DNA of 51,775 nucleotides from Escherichia phage vB_EcoP_06: sequence record PP532814.1; one strand, 5' to 3'. Shown piece by piece: positions 10,114 to 19,406 of this stretch (position 1 is its first letter; each line of letters starts with the position of its first letter). The notes under the pieces were generated by a model. It saw only the letters and a program-made list of their open reading frames with translations, ran no database searches and was not told where the DNA came from. The position numbers and the translations under genes were made by a program.

Positions 10114-10690
10114 ATTATCTGGATCTTTAGGCCGAAGATTTGGAGTATTTCATAAGATGGCTGTTGATTCATACCCAGAAGCAATACGCGCACTATCTTC
10201 GCAGGTGGAAGGATTCAAGGACTACATGCAAAGCGAAGTAGGATCGCGAATGCGTTACGCTGTATTTGTTGACGGTAAGAATGTAGGACAGCACGATGAA
10301 AAAGCGTGGCAATGTGCAAAGGAAGTGAGGATTATTCCAATCCCAACAGGTTCAAAGTCTGGCGGGTTGTTTCAGGTTGTTCTTGGCGCGGTTATTATGG
10401 CGACTGCATTTTTCACTGGCGGCGCTTCACTTGCTTTGATGGGCGCTTTTGCATCTTCTGCTTTCATGATGGGTGGTGCTATGGTTCTTGGCGGAGTAAT
10501 GCAAATGATCTCACCGCAGCAAGGAGGATCAAGATTGTCATCCCAATCAGCAGAAAACAAGCCGTCTTATGCTTTCGGTGGCGCTGTTAACACAACGGCA
10601 GCAGGATACCCAATACCATTGCCATATGGTCAAAGGACCGTCGGCGGAGCTATCTGGTCGGCTGGGAGTTATGCAGAAGATAAGGCTTAA
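10094..10690 (+). CDS. tail assembly protein, lambda gpI-like
   Basis: Position between K-like and J-like genes; Gly/Ala-rich hydrophobic C-terminal half. Confidence 0.6.
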   Translation: MTLKVIKLSGSLGRRFGVFHKMAVDSYPEAIRALSSQVEGFKDYMQSEVGSRMRYAVFVDGKNVGQHDEKAWQCAKEVRIIPIPTGSKSGGLFQVVLGAVIMATAFFTGGASLALMGAFASSAFMMGGAMVLGGVMQMISPQQGGSRLSSQSAENKPSYAFGGAVNTTAAGYPIPLPYGQRTVGGAIWSAGSYAEDKA

Positions 10691-10698
10691 TATAAAAG

Positions 10699-10725
10699 AG
10701 TCGCGCGTTGCGCGGCTTTTTTTTT
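10699..10725 (+). terminator. rho-independent terminator
   Basis: GC-rich hairpin (GTCGCGCG ... CGCGGC) followed by a run of 9 T. Confidence 0.6.
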
Positions 10726-10770
10726 GCCCGTATAATTCAACAAATCAAATAGCACAAAAGGTGAAAAAGC

Positions 10771-13700
10771 ATGGCTGAAAATATGATAACGGGCAGTAAG
10801 GGTGGATCATCAAAACCTTATGTGCCAAAAGAGATGGAAGATAACCTGATCTCAATCAACAAAATCAAAATCCTTCTTGCCGTTTCCGATGGTGAGTGCG
10901 ATCCAGATTTCACGCTTCGCGATCTGTATCTCGATGATGTTCCGGTAATTGCAGACGACGGAACTGTTAACTACCAGGGTGTGAAAGCTGAATTTCGACC
11001 TGGAACGCAGACGCAAGATTACATCCAGGGCTTTACTGACACATCAAGCGAAGTGACGCTGGCGCGTGACATTACTACATCAAATCCTTATGTAATTTCT
11101 GTAACCAACAAAACATTATCGGCTATCAGAATCAAAATGCTAATGCCAACAGGCATTAAGCAAGAGGATAACGGCGATCTTGTCGGCGTTAAGGTTACTT
11201 ATGCTGTTGATATGGCTGTTGACGGAGACTCTTACAAAGAAGTATTGCGAGACACCATCGAAGGTAAAACACGTTCAGGTTACGACAGAAGCCGAAGGAT
11301 TGACCTTCCGGCATTTAATGATCGTGTATTACTTAGGGTTAGAAGGGTTACGGCAGACAGCGCATCTTCCCGCGTTACTGATCTGATTAAGCTACAAAGT
11401 TACGCTGAGGTTATTGATGCAAAATTCCGTTATCCTCTGACTGGTCTTGTATACGTTGAATTTGACAGTGAGTTGTTCCCTAACCAGATCCCTAACATTT
11501 CAATCAAGAAGAAATGGAAGTTGATTAATGTTCCGAGCAATTACGATCCGGTAATGCGAGAGTATCACGGTTCATGGAATGGTACGTTCAAGAAAGCGTG
11601 GTCGAACAATCCGGCGTGGGTACTTTATGACATTATCACAAACCAGCGATACGGATTAGATCAGCGAGAACTTGGTGTGCAGGTTGACAAATGGAGTCTT
11701 TACGAAGCGGCGCAATACTGCGATCAGAAAGTACCGGACGGAAAAGGCGGCACAGAGCCGCGTTATCTATGCGACGTTGTGATTCAAAGCCAGATTGAGG
11801 CTTATCAGCTTATTCGTGATATTTGCTCAATCTTCCGAGGTATGAGCTTTTGGAATGGCGAGAGCTTGTCAATCGTCATTGATAAGCCGCGCGATCCATC
11901 GTACATATTCACCAATGACAACGTTGTTGATGGTGATTTTCAGTACACAACAGCAAGCGAAAAGAGCATGTACACGCAGTGCAACGTGACGTTTGACGAC
12001 GAACAAAACATGTATCAACAGGACGTAGAGGGCGTATTCGACACAGAGGCCGCATTGCGCTTTGGATACAATCCGACAAGCATAACAGCGATCGGATGTA
12101 CACGCAGGAGTGAGGCTAATCGGCGCGGTCGATGGATACTAAAAACCAACTTGCGCAGCACTACGGTAAACTTTGCTACTGGACTGGAAGGCATGATCCC
12201 ATCAATAGGTGATGTGATTGCTATTGCTGACAACTTTCACAGCAGCAACCTGAAGTTAAACCTGTCAGGGCGCGTGATGGAAGTTTCCGGCTTGCAGGTA
12301 TTCGTTCCGTTTAAGATTGATGCTAGACCAGGTGATTTCATTATCATCAACAAGCCGGACGGTAAGCCAGTTAAGCGCACAATCTCAAAGGTAAGCGGTG
12401 ACGGAAAAACCATTGAGCTAAACATTGGGTTTGGGTTTGAAGTTAAACCTGACACGGTTTTTGCAATCGACCGCACTGATATTGCATTGCAGCAATACGT
12501 TGTAACGAGTATCGGCAAAGGTGATGATGATGATGAATTTACATACTCCATCACGGCTGTTGAATATGACCCGAACAAATACGACGAGATTGATTACGGA
12601 GTAAACATTGACGACAGACCAACCTCAATTGTCCAGCCTGACACAATGGCAGCACCGGAAAATGTGCAAATATCCTCATACTCGCGAATTGTCCAGGGTG
12701 CAAGCGTTGAAACAATGGTTGTGTCGTGGGATAAAGTACCTTACGCATCGCTGTATGAAATGCAATGGCGAAAAGGTGATGGCAACTGGCTGAATACACC
12801 ACAGACCGCAAACAAAGAAATTGAGGTTGAAGGTATTTATTCAGGAAACTACCAGGTAAGGGTTAGATCTGTTTCCGCTTCAGGTTCTACTTCTCCGTGG
12901 TCCAGAATTGTGACAGCATCACTGACTGGTAAGGTAGGAGAGCCAGGCGCGCCAGTTAACTTAACCGCATCCGACAATGAAGTGTTTGGCATTCGTGTTA
13001 AGTGGGGGATGCCAGAAGGTAGCGGAGACACGGCATACATTGAGCTTCATCAGTCGCCGGATGGAACGGCTGAAAACTCAAGCCTGCTAACGTTGATCCC
13101 GTATCCACAATATGAATACTGGCACGGTACGCTTCCGGCTGGTCATGTTGTCTGGTATAGAATCCGAAGCGTTGACAGAATCGGCAACGTTTCCGGCTGG
13201 ACTGATTTTGTTAGAGGCATGGCTTCAGATGATGTTGAGGCTGTTTTAGGCGATATTCTTGATAAGATTTTTGATACCGAAGCAGGAAAGGATCTGAAAG
13301 AGAATGCCATTGATAGCGCAAACAAAATCAAGGATCAAGCACAAAGCATCATTCAAAACGCATTGGCGAATGATGCAGACGTTAGGATTATGAGGAAGGA
13401 AAACGGCAAGCGCAAAGCAGAATTTAGGCAGTCAATCCAATTGATCGCAAGTGAAACTGAAGCGCGCGTTACCGCAATGACGCAACTCAAGGCTGAGTTT
13501 GACGAGGAGATAACTAGCGAAGTAACGAGACTTGATCAGGCAATTGCAACAGAATCGGAAACGCGAGCAACAGCAATTGAGGAATTGAAATCACAGATTG
13601 GTGATGATATTCAGGGGCAATTAACGCGGGTTGAGGAAGCGATTGCAAACGAAACAGAGGCGCGCGTTTCGGCTGATACAGCATTAACAGCGAAGTTTGG

Positions 13701-14196
13701 AGATGTTGAATCAGCGCTTACTGAAAAACTTGATTCATGGGCTGGCGTTAATGGCGTTGGTTCACAGTACGCAATGAAATTGGGATTGACCTACAACGGG
13801 CAGCAGTACAGCGCAGGAATGGTAATGCAGCTTTCGCAGGGTTCATCCGGCCTTATTTCGCAGATTTTGTTTGATGCGAATAGGTTTGCGATTATGACTA
13901 GCTCGACTGGCGGAACGTTTACTTTGCCTTTTGTTGTTGAAAACAACCAGGTTTTCATTAATAGCCTGTTAGTTAAAAACGGTTCGATCACAAATGCTAT
14001 GATCGGTAATTATATTCAGTCGAATAACTTTGTTGCCAATCAGCAGGGATGGAGGCTGGATAAAAATGGTAACTTTGAGAACTACGGAACGAGAGCGGGA
14101 GAAGGAGCTACAAAATTCACTAACGAAGGATTAAAGGTGAAAGATGCAAATGGACGATTAAGGGTTGAGATAGGGAGAATAACAGGAAGTTGGTAA
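10771..14196 (+). CDS. central tail fibre / host specificity protein, lambda gpJ-like
   Basis: Extensive recalled similarity to lambda J (e.g. VPSNYDPVMREYHGSWNGTFKKAWSNNPAWVLYDIITNQRYG ... YCDQKVPDGKGGTEPRY); FN3-like segment; C-terminal part with repeated ETEARV motif. Confidence 0.9.
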   Translation: MAENMITGSKGGSSKPYVPKEMEDNLISINKIKILLAVSDGECDPDFTLRDLYLDDVPVIADDGTVNYQGVKAEFRPGTQTQDYIQGFTDTSSEVTLARDITTSNPYVISVTNKTLSAIRIKMLMPTGIKQEDNGDLVGVKVTYAVDMAVDGDSYKEVLRDTIEGKTRSGYDRSRRIDLPAFNDRVLLRVRRVTADSASSRVTDLIKLQSYAEVIDAKFRYPLTGLVYVEFDSELFPNQIPNISIKKKWKLINVPSNYDPVMREYHGSWNGTFKKAWSNNPAWVLYDIITNQRYGLDQRELGVQVDKWSLYEAAQYCDQKVPDGKGGTEPRYLCDVVIQSQIEAYQLIRDICSIFRGMSFWNGESLSIVIDKPRDPSYIFTNDNVVDGDFQYTTASEKSMYTQCNVTFDDEQNMYQQDVEGVFDTEAALRFGYNPTSITAIGCTRRSEANRRGRWILKTNLRSTTVNFATGLEGMIPSIGDVIAIADNFHSSNLKLNLSGRVMEVSGLQVFVPFKIDARPGDFIIINKPDGKPVKRTISKVSGDGKTIELNIGFGFEVKPDTVFAIDRTDIALQQYVVTSIGKGDDDDEFTYSITAVEYDPNKYDEIDYGVNIDDRPTSIVQPDTMAAPENVQISSYSRIVQGASVETMVVSWDKVPYASLYEMQWRKGDGNWLNTPQTANKEIEVEGIYSGNYQVRVRSVSASGSTSPWSRIVTASLTGKVGEPGAPVNLTASDNEVFGIRVKWGMPEGSGDTAYIELHQSPDGTAENSSLLTLIPYPQYEYWHGTLPAGHVVWYRIRSVDRIGNVSGWTDFVRGMASDDVEAVLGDILDKIFDTEAGKDLKENAIDSANKIKDQAQSIIQNALANDADVRIMRKENGKRKAEFRQSIQLIASETEARVTAMTQLKAEFDEEITSEVTRLDQAIATESETRATAIEELKSQIGDDIQGQLTRVEEAIANETEARVSADTALTAKFGDVESALTEKLDSWAGVNGVGSQYAMKLGLTYNGQQYSAGMVMQLSQGSSGLISQILFDANRFAIMTSSTGGTFTLPFVVENNQVFINSLLVKNGSITNAMIGNYIQSNNFVANQQGWRLDKNGNFENYGTRAGEGATKFTNEGLKVKDANGRLRVEIGRITGSW

Positions 14197-14202
14197 AAAC
14201 AA

Positions 14203-14227
14203 GGGGGCTTTCGCCCCCATTTTTTTA
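14203..14227. terminator. bidirectional terminator between convergent J gene and reverse-strand locus
   Basis: Hairpin GGGGGC-TTTC-GCCCCC flanked by A-run upstream and T-run downstream. Confidence 0.7.
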
Positions 14228-14851
14228 ATCATAGTGTGATGAATTTATAGCCAATACCGATGTTGCTGTATAAATACCTATCGGACCAGGCGTGTGAGCA
14301 ACTTGTTTTGATATAGAATAAATCCTGTTACCATAAGCGCCAGCTTGTGATTCATATATCATGTGTCCACCAATTGCAGGATTTGGAACTGAGTTTAATG
14401 CTGTTAATGATGGAGTTATTGCGCAAGGATACCCCAAATCAACATCAAAAGTTATACCGCTTACATTTATTTGTTTTGCATCAAGAGGCTTCATCTTTCC
14501 ATGATAAATCATTTCTCCGCTTTCATTGTAGAAAGCTATTCCGTGACTTCCTGGGCTTGTTACCATATTGCTAAATGCATAAACTGTAATATTCCCTCCG
14601 CCGTCTGATTTATCAATTCTTATTGCATGTTTTCCGCCATTGTTAAACTGAGTGAATGCAACATATGTTTTTCCTGGCATTTTAACAAAGAAAAAGCAAA
14701 CCTTGTTTACTGGTATTGAAGTAGTGTAAACAGTTCCAACATTTGAGCTTATTGACGCTCTGTTTATAAGATTTACTGGCGTAAAGTTTGGACTTAGCCA
14801 GATGGAGCCGTCTGGCTTTAAAATCTGCATTCCGTACATGATTACCCCCAA
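14225..14851 (-). CDS. putative receptor-binding protein (208 aa), reverse-strand locus downstream of gpJ
   Basis: AT-rich reverse-strand gene immediately after J and sharing the bidirectional terminator; Gly/Ser/Thr/Asn-rich beta-type composition; position as I recall it for T1-like receptor-binding loci. Confidence 0.3.
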   Translation of the reverse strand: MGVIMYGMQILKPDGSIWLSPNFTPVNLINRASISSNVGTVYTTSIPVNKVCFFFVKMPGKTYVAFTQFNNGGKHAIRIDKSDGGGNITVYAFSNMVTSPGSHGIAFYNESGEMIYHGKMKPLDAKQINVSGITFDVDLGYPCAITPSLTALNSVPNPAIGGHMIYESQAGAYGNRIYSISKQVAHTPGPIGIYTATSVLAINSSHYD

Positions 14852-15120
14852 TAAGTATATATGTATCTATTATCAGATCCAGAAAGCCCACTCCACGTAA
14901 CAGTGTTCCCACTTACTGTTATTTGCGGTGCTCCAGGAACTGATCCAGTCCATGTTTGCATTCCAACAAAAACGGCCTTCAATGATTTTCCTGGAGGTTG
15001 GTTGTTATATGTTTTACTTCCTGATGATTGAGTAAATCGATCAAGGAAAAACACAGGAGTTAATAAACCAGTTACATCCTTTCCATTTTCGTCATATATA
15101 GCATATCCATAAGAAGCCAT
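14842..15120 (-). CDS. hypothetical protein (92 aa), possibly part of the receptor-binding locus
   Basis: Overlaps start of 14225..14851 by 10 nt in a different frame; Gly/Thr/Ser-rich. Confidence 0.3.
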   Translation of the reverse strand: MASYGYAIYDENGKDVTGLLTPVFFLDRFTQSSGSKTYNNQPPGKSLKAVFVGMQTWTGSVPGAPQITVSGNTVTWSGLSGSDNRYIYTYWG

Positions 15121-15389
15121 TATTTACACTCCACAGCGTCAAAATGTTTTTCACTTTGCCAACGATTAACAAATGAAACAAATTTTTGAGAAGGTGAAAC
15201 TCTGTAAGATTTTTCACCAAATCTGTTTTCTCTTGCTGCGTTTATTTTAACAGGATATGAATCATTAAATGGAAATGTTTTTACAGTATATATTCCAGTG
15301 CAATCAACTTCTTGATAGTTGCCACTTGCCGATGTTGCACATCCAGTCAGAGAAGCGGCTGCAATCAAAACGGCGATTAACTTTTTCAT
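15120..15389 (-). CDS. lipoprotein, candidate superinfection exclusion protein (Cor/Llp-like)
   Basis: N-terminal signal peptide MKKLIAVLIAAASLTGC with lipobox LTGC; 89 aa; RBS AAGGAGACACC; adjacent to receptor-binding locus as for T5 llp and phi80 cor. Confidence 0.5.
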   Translation of the reverse strand: MKKLIAVLIAAASLTGCATSASGNYQEVDCTGIYTVKTFPFNDSYPVKINAARENRFGEKSYRVSPSQKFVSFVNRWQSEKHFDAVECK

Positions 15390-15420
15390 TTTGGTGTCTC
15401 CTTAGTTGTTGTTGGTTTCA

Positions 15421-15464
15421 ACTATACACGATCTTGCGGTGGGCGTTTAGCAAAAAGTGCTATT
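15421..15464 (-). promoter_or_regulatory. phage promoter box variant + 17 bp + -10 TATAGT (minus strand), upstream of lipoprotein gene
   Basis: AATAGCACTTTTTGCTAAAC on minus strand. Confidence 0.45.
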
Positions 15465-15834
15465 CTTGTTCTTTTTGTTCTCCGGTGTTCTCAAATCTGC
15501 GGAGTCTTAAATTTAGCTCAAAAATCGAACAACAATAGAGCGCAATACATACAGATAAATATATATACATACATATAAATCAATAAGTTAGTAGTATATA
15601 TATTCATGTTTGTTCTTTATTGTTATCTATGTTTTGTGTGATTTTGTGTGTCTGGTGATTTTTCTGTGATTATGCATGTGTCAGTGGTTATGTGTGTCTA
15701 TATATCTATATCCGGCGCAAATGGAGGAACAAGAGAACAAAAAGACAACAAAGGTATTTATCAATCACTTACATGTGAATTTTGTTATCCAATTCTCCTA
15801 GAACGTTGTTAGAACAGAAAAAACAAAATAACTA

Positions 15835-15862
15835 TTGACTAAACGCATCAAATAGCTACAAT
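15835..15862 (+). promoter_or_regulatory. sigma70-like promoter for the recombination module (TTGACT-16-TACAAT)
   Basis: Hexamers TTGACT and TACAAT separated by 16 bp, about 30 bp upstream of the exonuclease ATG. Confidence 0.5.
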
Positions 15863-15891
15863 GCAGACATACCAACCAATGAGGGCAAATC

Positions 15892-16953
15892 ATGAATAAG
15901 TTTATGGCGTACACCAGCGAAGAAATGAGCAATGAGCTTTATCACGATCCAGAAGCGTGGACGGCTGATTATGTTAGTGGATCAAGCCTTGCAGAGATTT
16001 ACAGCACATGCCCGGCGGCGTGGAAGTTCAAGCCGCGCGACGACAAGAGCAAGGCGCTAGTTTTCGGTACGCAGTCGCATACCAACTTTGAAAGCAAGGA
16101 GCTTTTCGAAAAAACATATCGACGTGCGCCAGCGCCAGAAGACTTTAAAGATCTGATAACCAGCCAAACGGCGCTTGCTGCAAAGCTGAAATCATTTGGC
16201 CTGAAAGGTACAACCGGAAAGACTTATCCAGACCTTATCAAAATGATGGTGGATTGCGGAGAAGATCTTAACGTTATGTGGTTGATTGAGATGATCGCAG
16301 AAAGCCAGGCCAGGGCTGACGGCGTGCAGCTAATCGAATCTAAAGATTACGATGCGTGCGTGGCAATGCGCCAGGTTCTGGAATCAATACCGGAACATAA
16401 CGCATGTATGAATAGCAAGACAGCACAACGTGAATTATCGTTGTTCGGTGAAATCAACGGCGTAAAAGTCAAAGTGCGATGCGATCACGTTGACGTAACG
16501 AAGAACGTAACAGCAACTTTGATTGATGGTTACGATGAAAAAGGCCAGCCGATTTGCCGCGATATTATTTATCCAGAGGCGATTGTGATCACTGACTACA
16601 AAACAACAATGAGCGCTAATCCGGCTGAGTTTATGCGCCTGGCTTACAATCACGGCTATTATCTGAAAATGGCGTTGCAATGTGATTTATTCAGGAAAGC
16701 GTATCCAGAAGAAAAGCGACCTATAGTTGTGCGCCTGTTAGCGCAAGAGAAGAAGGAGCCTTACTTGCCGTTAGCTTTCCGCATGAACAGCGAGCAATTG
16801 AAGATCGGGCGCATTCAGTACATGAGCGTAATTAACCAGTTTGCCATGTGCCAGCAACATGACGTTTGGCCTTCGTATTCAAACGGCGAGCCGGAGGTTT
16901 GCCTTGACACACCTGATTGGGTGCGCCGCCAGTTTAAGCAATATCTTGTTTAA
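15892..16953 (+). CDS. PD-(D/E)xK family exonuclease (RecE/RecB-like recombination nuclease)
   Basis: Motif VITDYKTT (D-x-K nuclease signature); first gene of a module followed by Erf-like and SSB genes; sigma70-like promoter upstream. Confidence 0.55.
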   Translation: MNKFMAYTSEEMSNELYHDPEAWTADYVSGSSLAEIYSTCPAAWKFKPRDDKSKALVFGTQSHTNFESKELFEKTYRRAPAPEDFKDLITSQTALAAKLKSFGLKGTTGKTYPDLIKMMVDCGEDLNVMWLIEMIAESQARADGVQLIESKDYDACVAMRQVLESIPEHNACMNSKTAQRELSLFGEINGVKVKVRCDHVDVTKNVTATLIDGYDEKGQPICRDIIYPEAIVITDYKTTMSANPAEFMRLAYNHGYYLKMALQCDLFRKAYPEEKRPIVVRLLAQEKKEPYLPLAFRMNSEQLKIGRIQYMSVINQFAMCQQHDVWPSYSNGEPEVCLDTPDWVRRQFKQYLV

Positions 16954-17034
16954 ACAGCACAAATAGCTAAACAAATGAAAGATGCGGTGTTATAATTCAC
17001 CGCATAAGTTAACAATAAGCGTGAGGAAATAAGC

Positions 17035-17313
17035 ATGGAAAATAAACAAGTTTCAGAGGTAGCAGTTCATATTAATAATTTTGCAACTGGCATGGCTATG
17101 TTGCTTCGTGACTTTGTTGCGCCGCTTGATCCAACGGCAGGCGAAGAAGAAATGGAGTACATCAGAAAAGTAATGGATGCAGTCGATAACGTCGTACTTA
17201 TTGCAACAATGAGCGAAGACAACGATGAAGCAATCAAGGCGGTAAAAGAAAGTTCTGATCGCATGATGGAAAATCTGATTAAATTACACACCAAAGAAGA
17301 AACAAAGCATTAA
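17035..17313 (+). CDS. hypothetical small acidic protein (92 aa)
   Basis: RBS GAGGAAATAAGC; Asp/Glu-rich; between exonuclease and annealing protein. Confidence 0.4.
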   Translation: MENKQVSEVAVHINNFATGMAMLLRDFVAPLDPTAGEEEMEYIRKVMDAVDNVVLIATMSEDNDEAIKAVKESSDRMMENLIKLHTKEETKH

Positions 17314-17358
17314 TAGCAATAAGGCGGCGAAAGCCGCCATGAATTACGGGAATTAATC

Positions 17359-18015
17359 ATGAAACTATCAGAGCAATTCGACAAAGTTTTACCAGCGCTG
17401 CATAAGGCGCGCAGTTTGTTTGTAAAGGTGAAGAAGGATAAGCAAAACACGCACCTTAAAAACCGTTACGCAACACTTGATGCCGTACTTGATGCAATCA
17501 CTCCAGCATTGAATGATAACGAGCTAATGTTGATGCAGGACATGATTGAAAGCGAACAACCTAACAGAATTAAGGTTGAGACAACAGTTCTTCATGTTTC
17601 CGGTCAGTGGGTGAAATTTTACGCAGAGCTGCCAATCGTCAAAAACGATCCTCAAGGCGTCGGTTCTGCATTCACATACGCGCGTCGTTATGCAGCAGCA
17701 GCAGCATTTGGTTTAAGCCAGGCAGACGATGACGCACAGATTGCCGTTAAATCTGCAAACGACTGGAAGCGTGACATTGAAAAATGCGAAAGCGTAAACG
17801 AATTACAAGAAGTGCTCAAATCAGCATGGAAGGCAAGCGATCCGGCAAGCAAGCAGGTAATTAAAGAGCATTACGAAAAACGCAAAGCAGAGCTTGAGAT
17901 CGGAAAAGCACGAGGATTTAATCCAGCGCAACCAAAACAAAATCTTGCCGCTCAAGACGTTGACACAAAAAACGACGAGCAAGTAAAATCACAAAGCATA
18001 ACTGACTTTGAATAA
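17359..18015 (+). CDS. single-strand annealing protein, Erf-like (putative)
   Basis: Motif [20 protein letters not shown], position between exonuclease and SSB; terminator after gene. Confidence 0.5.
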   Translation: MKLSEQFDKVLPALHKARSLFVKVKKDKQNTHLKNRYATLDAVLDAITPALNDNELMLMQDMIESEQPNRIKVETTVLHVSGQWVKFYAELPIVKNDPQGVGSAFTYARRYAAAAAFGLSQADDDAQIAVKSANDWKRDIEKCESVNELQEVLKSAWKASDPASKQVIKEHYEKRKAELEIGKARGFNPAQPKQNLAAQDVDTKNDEQVKSQSITDFE

Positions 18016-18022
18016 TTGACAT

Positions 18023-18044
18023 GGGGCGCTTGCGCCCCTTTCTT
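18023..18044 (+). terminator. rho-independent terminator
   Basis: Hairpin GGGGCGC-TTG-CGCCCC followed by TTTCTT. Confidence 0.55.
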
Positions 18045-18059
18045 ACAGGAGAATAAATA

Positions 18060-18557
18060 ATGCATATTATTACTGGTGAGATCCGAAAAGAGCCGCGAGT
18101 AAAGCAAATGCCTAACGGCAGCACACTTTATGTGGTTGAACTTTCAGAGCGATACAAAGATAAAGATGGAAACTGGCAATATACAAACTACAGTTTCTTT
18201 TTTAATGCTAAAACAGAAGGTCTTAAGGGTTGGTATGATGAGGCATTCCAGGTTGGCAAGGTTATTTCTGTATCTTGCGACACGCTGCGCATTGAAACGC
18301 GAGAATACAACGGAAAGATGTATTCAAGTTTAATGCCAGGAGGATTTGCAAATCTTATCTTCAGTCAGCGCGGGGAAAGCCAGCAACAATATCAGCAGCG
18401 AACGCAAGGAGGATGGGGGCAGCCACAACAACAGAATCAACCGCAACAACCGCAACAGCCAAGACAAAGCAATCAACCTCCTATGGACTTTGACGACGAC
18501 ATTCCTTTTGCTAGTGTAGGATTGCAATATGGAAAACATCGAATCTATGCGCTTTAA
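18060..18557 (+). CDS. ssb: single-stranded DNA-binding protein
   Basis: OB-fold-like N-terminus, Gln/Pro-rich linker and acidic C-terminal tail DFDDDIPF typical of SSB. Confidence 0.8.
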   Translation: MHIITGEIRKEPRVKQMPNGSTLYVVELSERYKDKDGNWQYTNYSFFFNAKTEGLKGWYDEAFQVGKVISVSCDTLRIETREYNGKMYSSLMPGGFANLIFSQRGESQQQYQQRTQGGWGQPQQQNQPQQPQQPRQSNQPPMDFDDDIPFASVGLQYGKHRIYAL

Positions 18558-18954
18558 GAAATGCTTTAAATTCGGGGCTGTAAAGCCCCTTAAAGAATTC
18601 TATAAGCATAAACGGATGGCTGACGGACACTTAAACAAATGCAAAGAATGTACAAAAAAGGATGTCACAAAAAACAGGTTGGATAACATAGATGAAAAAA
18701 GGGAATACGATAGGAATCGAGGAAGCAGGCAAGATCCTAAATACTTAAAATCATGGAGAAATAAGTTTCCAGGAAAATATAAAGCACATAACGCATTAAA
18801 TAACGCATTACGTGATGGGAAGGTAGAAAAATCACCATGTGAAATTTGCGGTAGTGAAAAATCAGTTGCACACCATGACGATTACAGCAAACCTTTATCA
18901 GTTAGATGGTTATGCCAAGCACACCATAAGCAATGGCATAGAGATAACGGATAA
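18529..18954 (+). CDS. HNH endonuclease (putative homing endonuclease); true start may be ATG at 18616
   Basis: Cys/His motif CEICGSEKSVAHHDDYSKPLSVRWLCQAHHKQWH; AT-rich gene; start uncertain (overlaps ssb end). Confidence 0.5.
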   Translation: MENIESMRFKKCFKFGAVKPLKEFYKHKRMADGHLNKCKECTKKDVTKNRLDNIDEKREYDRNRGSRQDPKYLKSWRNKFPGKYKAHNALNNALRDGKVEKSPCEICGSEKSVAHHDDYSKPLSVRWLCQAHHKQWHRDNG

Positions 18955-18974
18955 GGGTTAAACGCATAAACAAA

Positions 18975-18995
18975 GGGGCATTACGCCCCTTTTTC
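18975..18995. terminator. bidirectional terminator between convergent HNH gene and minus-strand genes
   Basis: Hairpin GGGGC-ATTA-CGCCCC with flanking T-run. Confidence 0.55.
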
Positions 18996-19238
18996 ACTTT
19001 CAGCCATCCCAAGCACGGCAATAACCTTAACAGCAATTCGCTTTGCAAGTTCAGTTTGATGAGCATTAAGTTTTCCAGTGGTCATTATTGACAACATTCC
19101 GCTCATACTACCTAGACCGTTAAAATCTGACATTGCAGATTTCATTATTGATATTGGTGAATGACCATCATCAGATATTGTGTGCGCTCTCTCTGACAGG
19201 TCTTTAACTACCTGATCAATTCCTTCACTTTTCGTCAT
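18981..19238 (-). CDS. hypothetical protein (85 aa)
   Basis: ORF downstream of the micropeptide ORF on the minus strand; terminator hairpin at its 3' end. Confidence 0.4.
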   Translation of the reverse strand: MTKSEGIDQVVKDLSERAHTISDDGHSPISIMKSAMSDFNGLGSMSGMLSIMTTGKLNAHQTELAKRIAVKVIAVLGMAESEKGA

Positions 19239-19274
19239 TTGCTTTTCCTTCAGGCGTTGATTTCTGTTCTGGCA

Positions 19275-19361
19275 TTACAGGCCACCTACAGCACCGCCAA
19301 GACCAGCCGCGCCAGCCTCGCCGCCCATACCACCAGTTGGTAACAGAGTCATATCAGACAT
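19275..19361 (-). CDS. candidate Gly-rich micropeptide (28 aa, MSDMTLLPTGGMGGEAGAAGLGGAVGGL)
   Basis: ATG preceded by RBS GAGAGGAAATTAAA; sigma70-like promoter TTGTCA-16-TAGAAT upstream; not in ORF track (below 60 aa). Confidence 0.3.
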   Translation of the reverse strand: MSDMTLLPTGGMGGEAGAAGLGGAVGGL

Positions 19362-19406
19362 TTTAATTTCCTCTCATTGATTGCGTAGCCCCTTGCTACA
19401 ACTCAA

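Noticed and set aside
8700-10590. Alternative-frame ORFs inside the gpL, gpK and gpI homologues (for example 8700..8912, 9506..9700, 10306..10590)
   Set aside because: Fully contained within conserved tail genes in other frames and lacking RBS; no evidence for overprinting
15540-15720. Possible CRISPR-like array suggested by repeated TGTGTG/GTGATT units
   Set aside because: Repeats are short, irregular and not separated by uniform spacers; no cas genes; interpreted as low-complexity regulatory DNA
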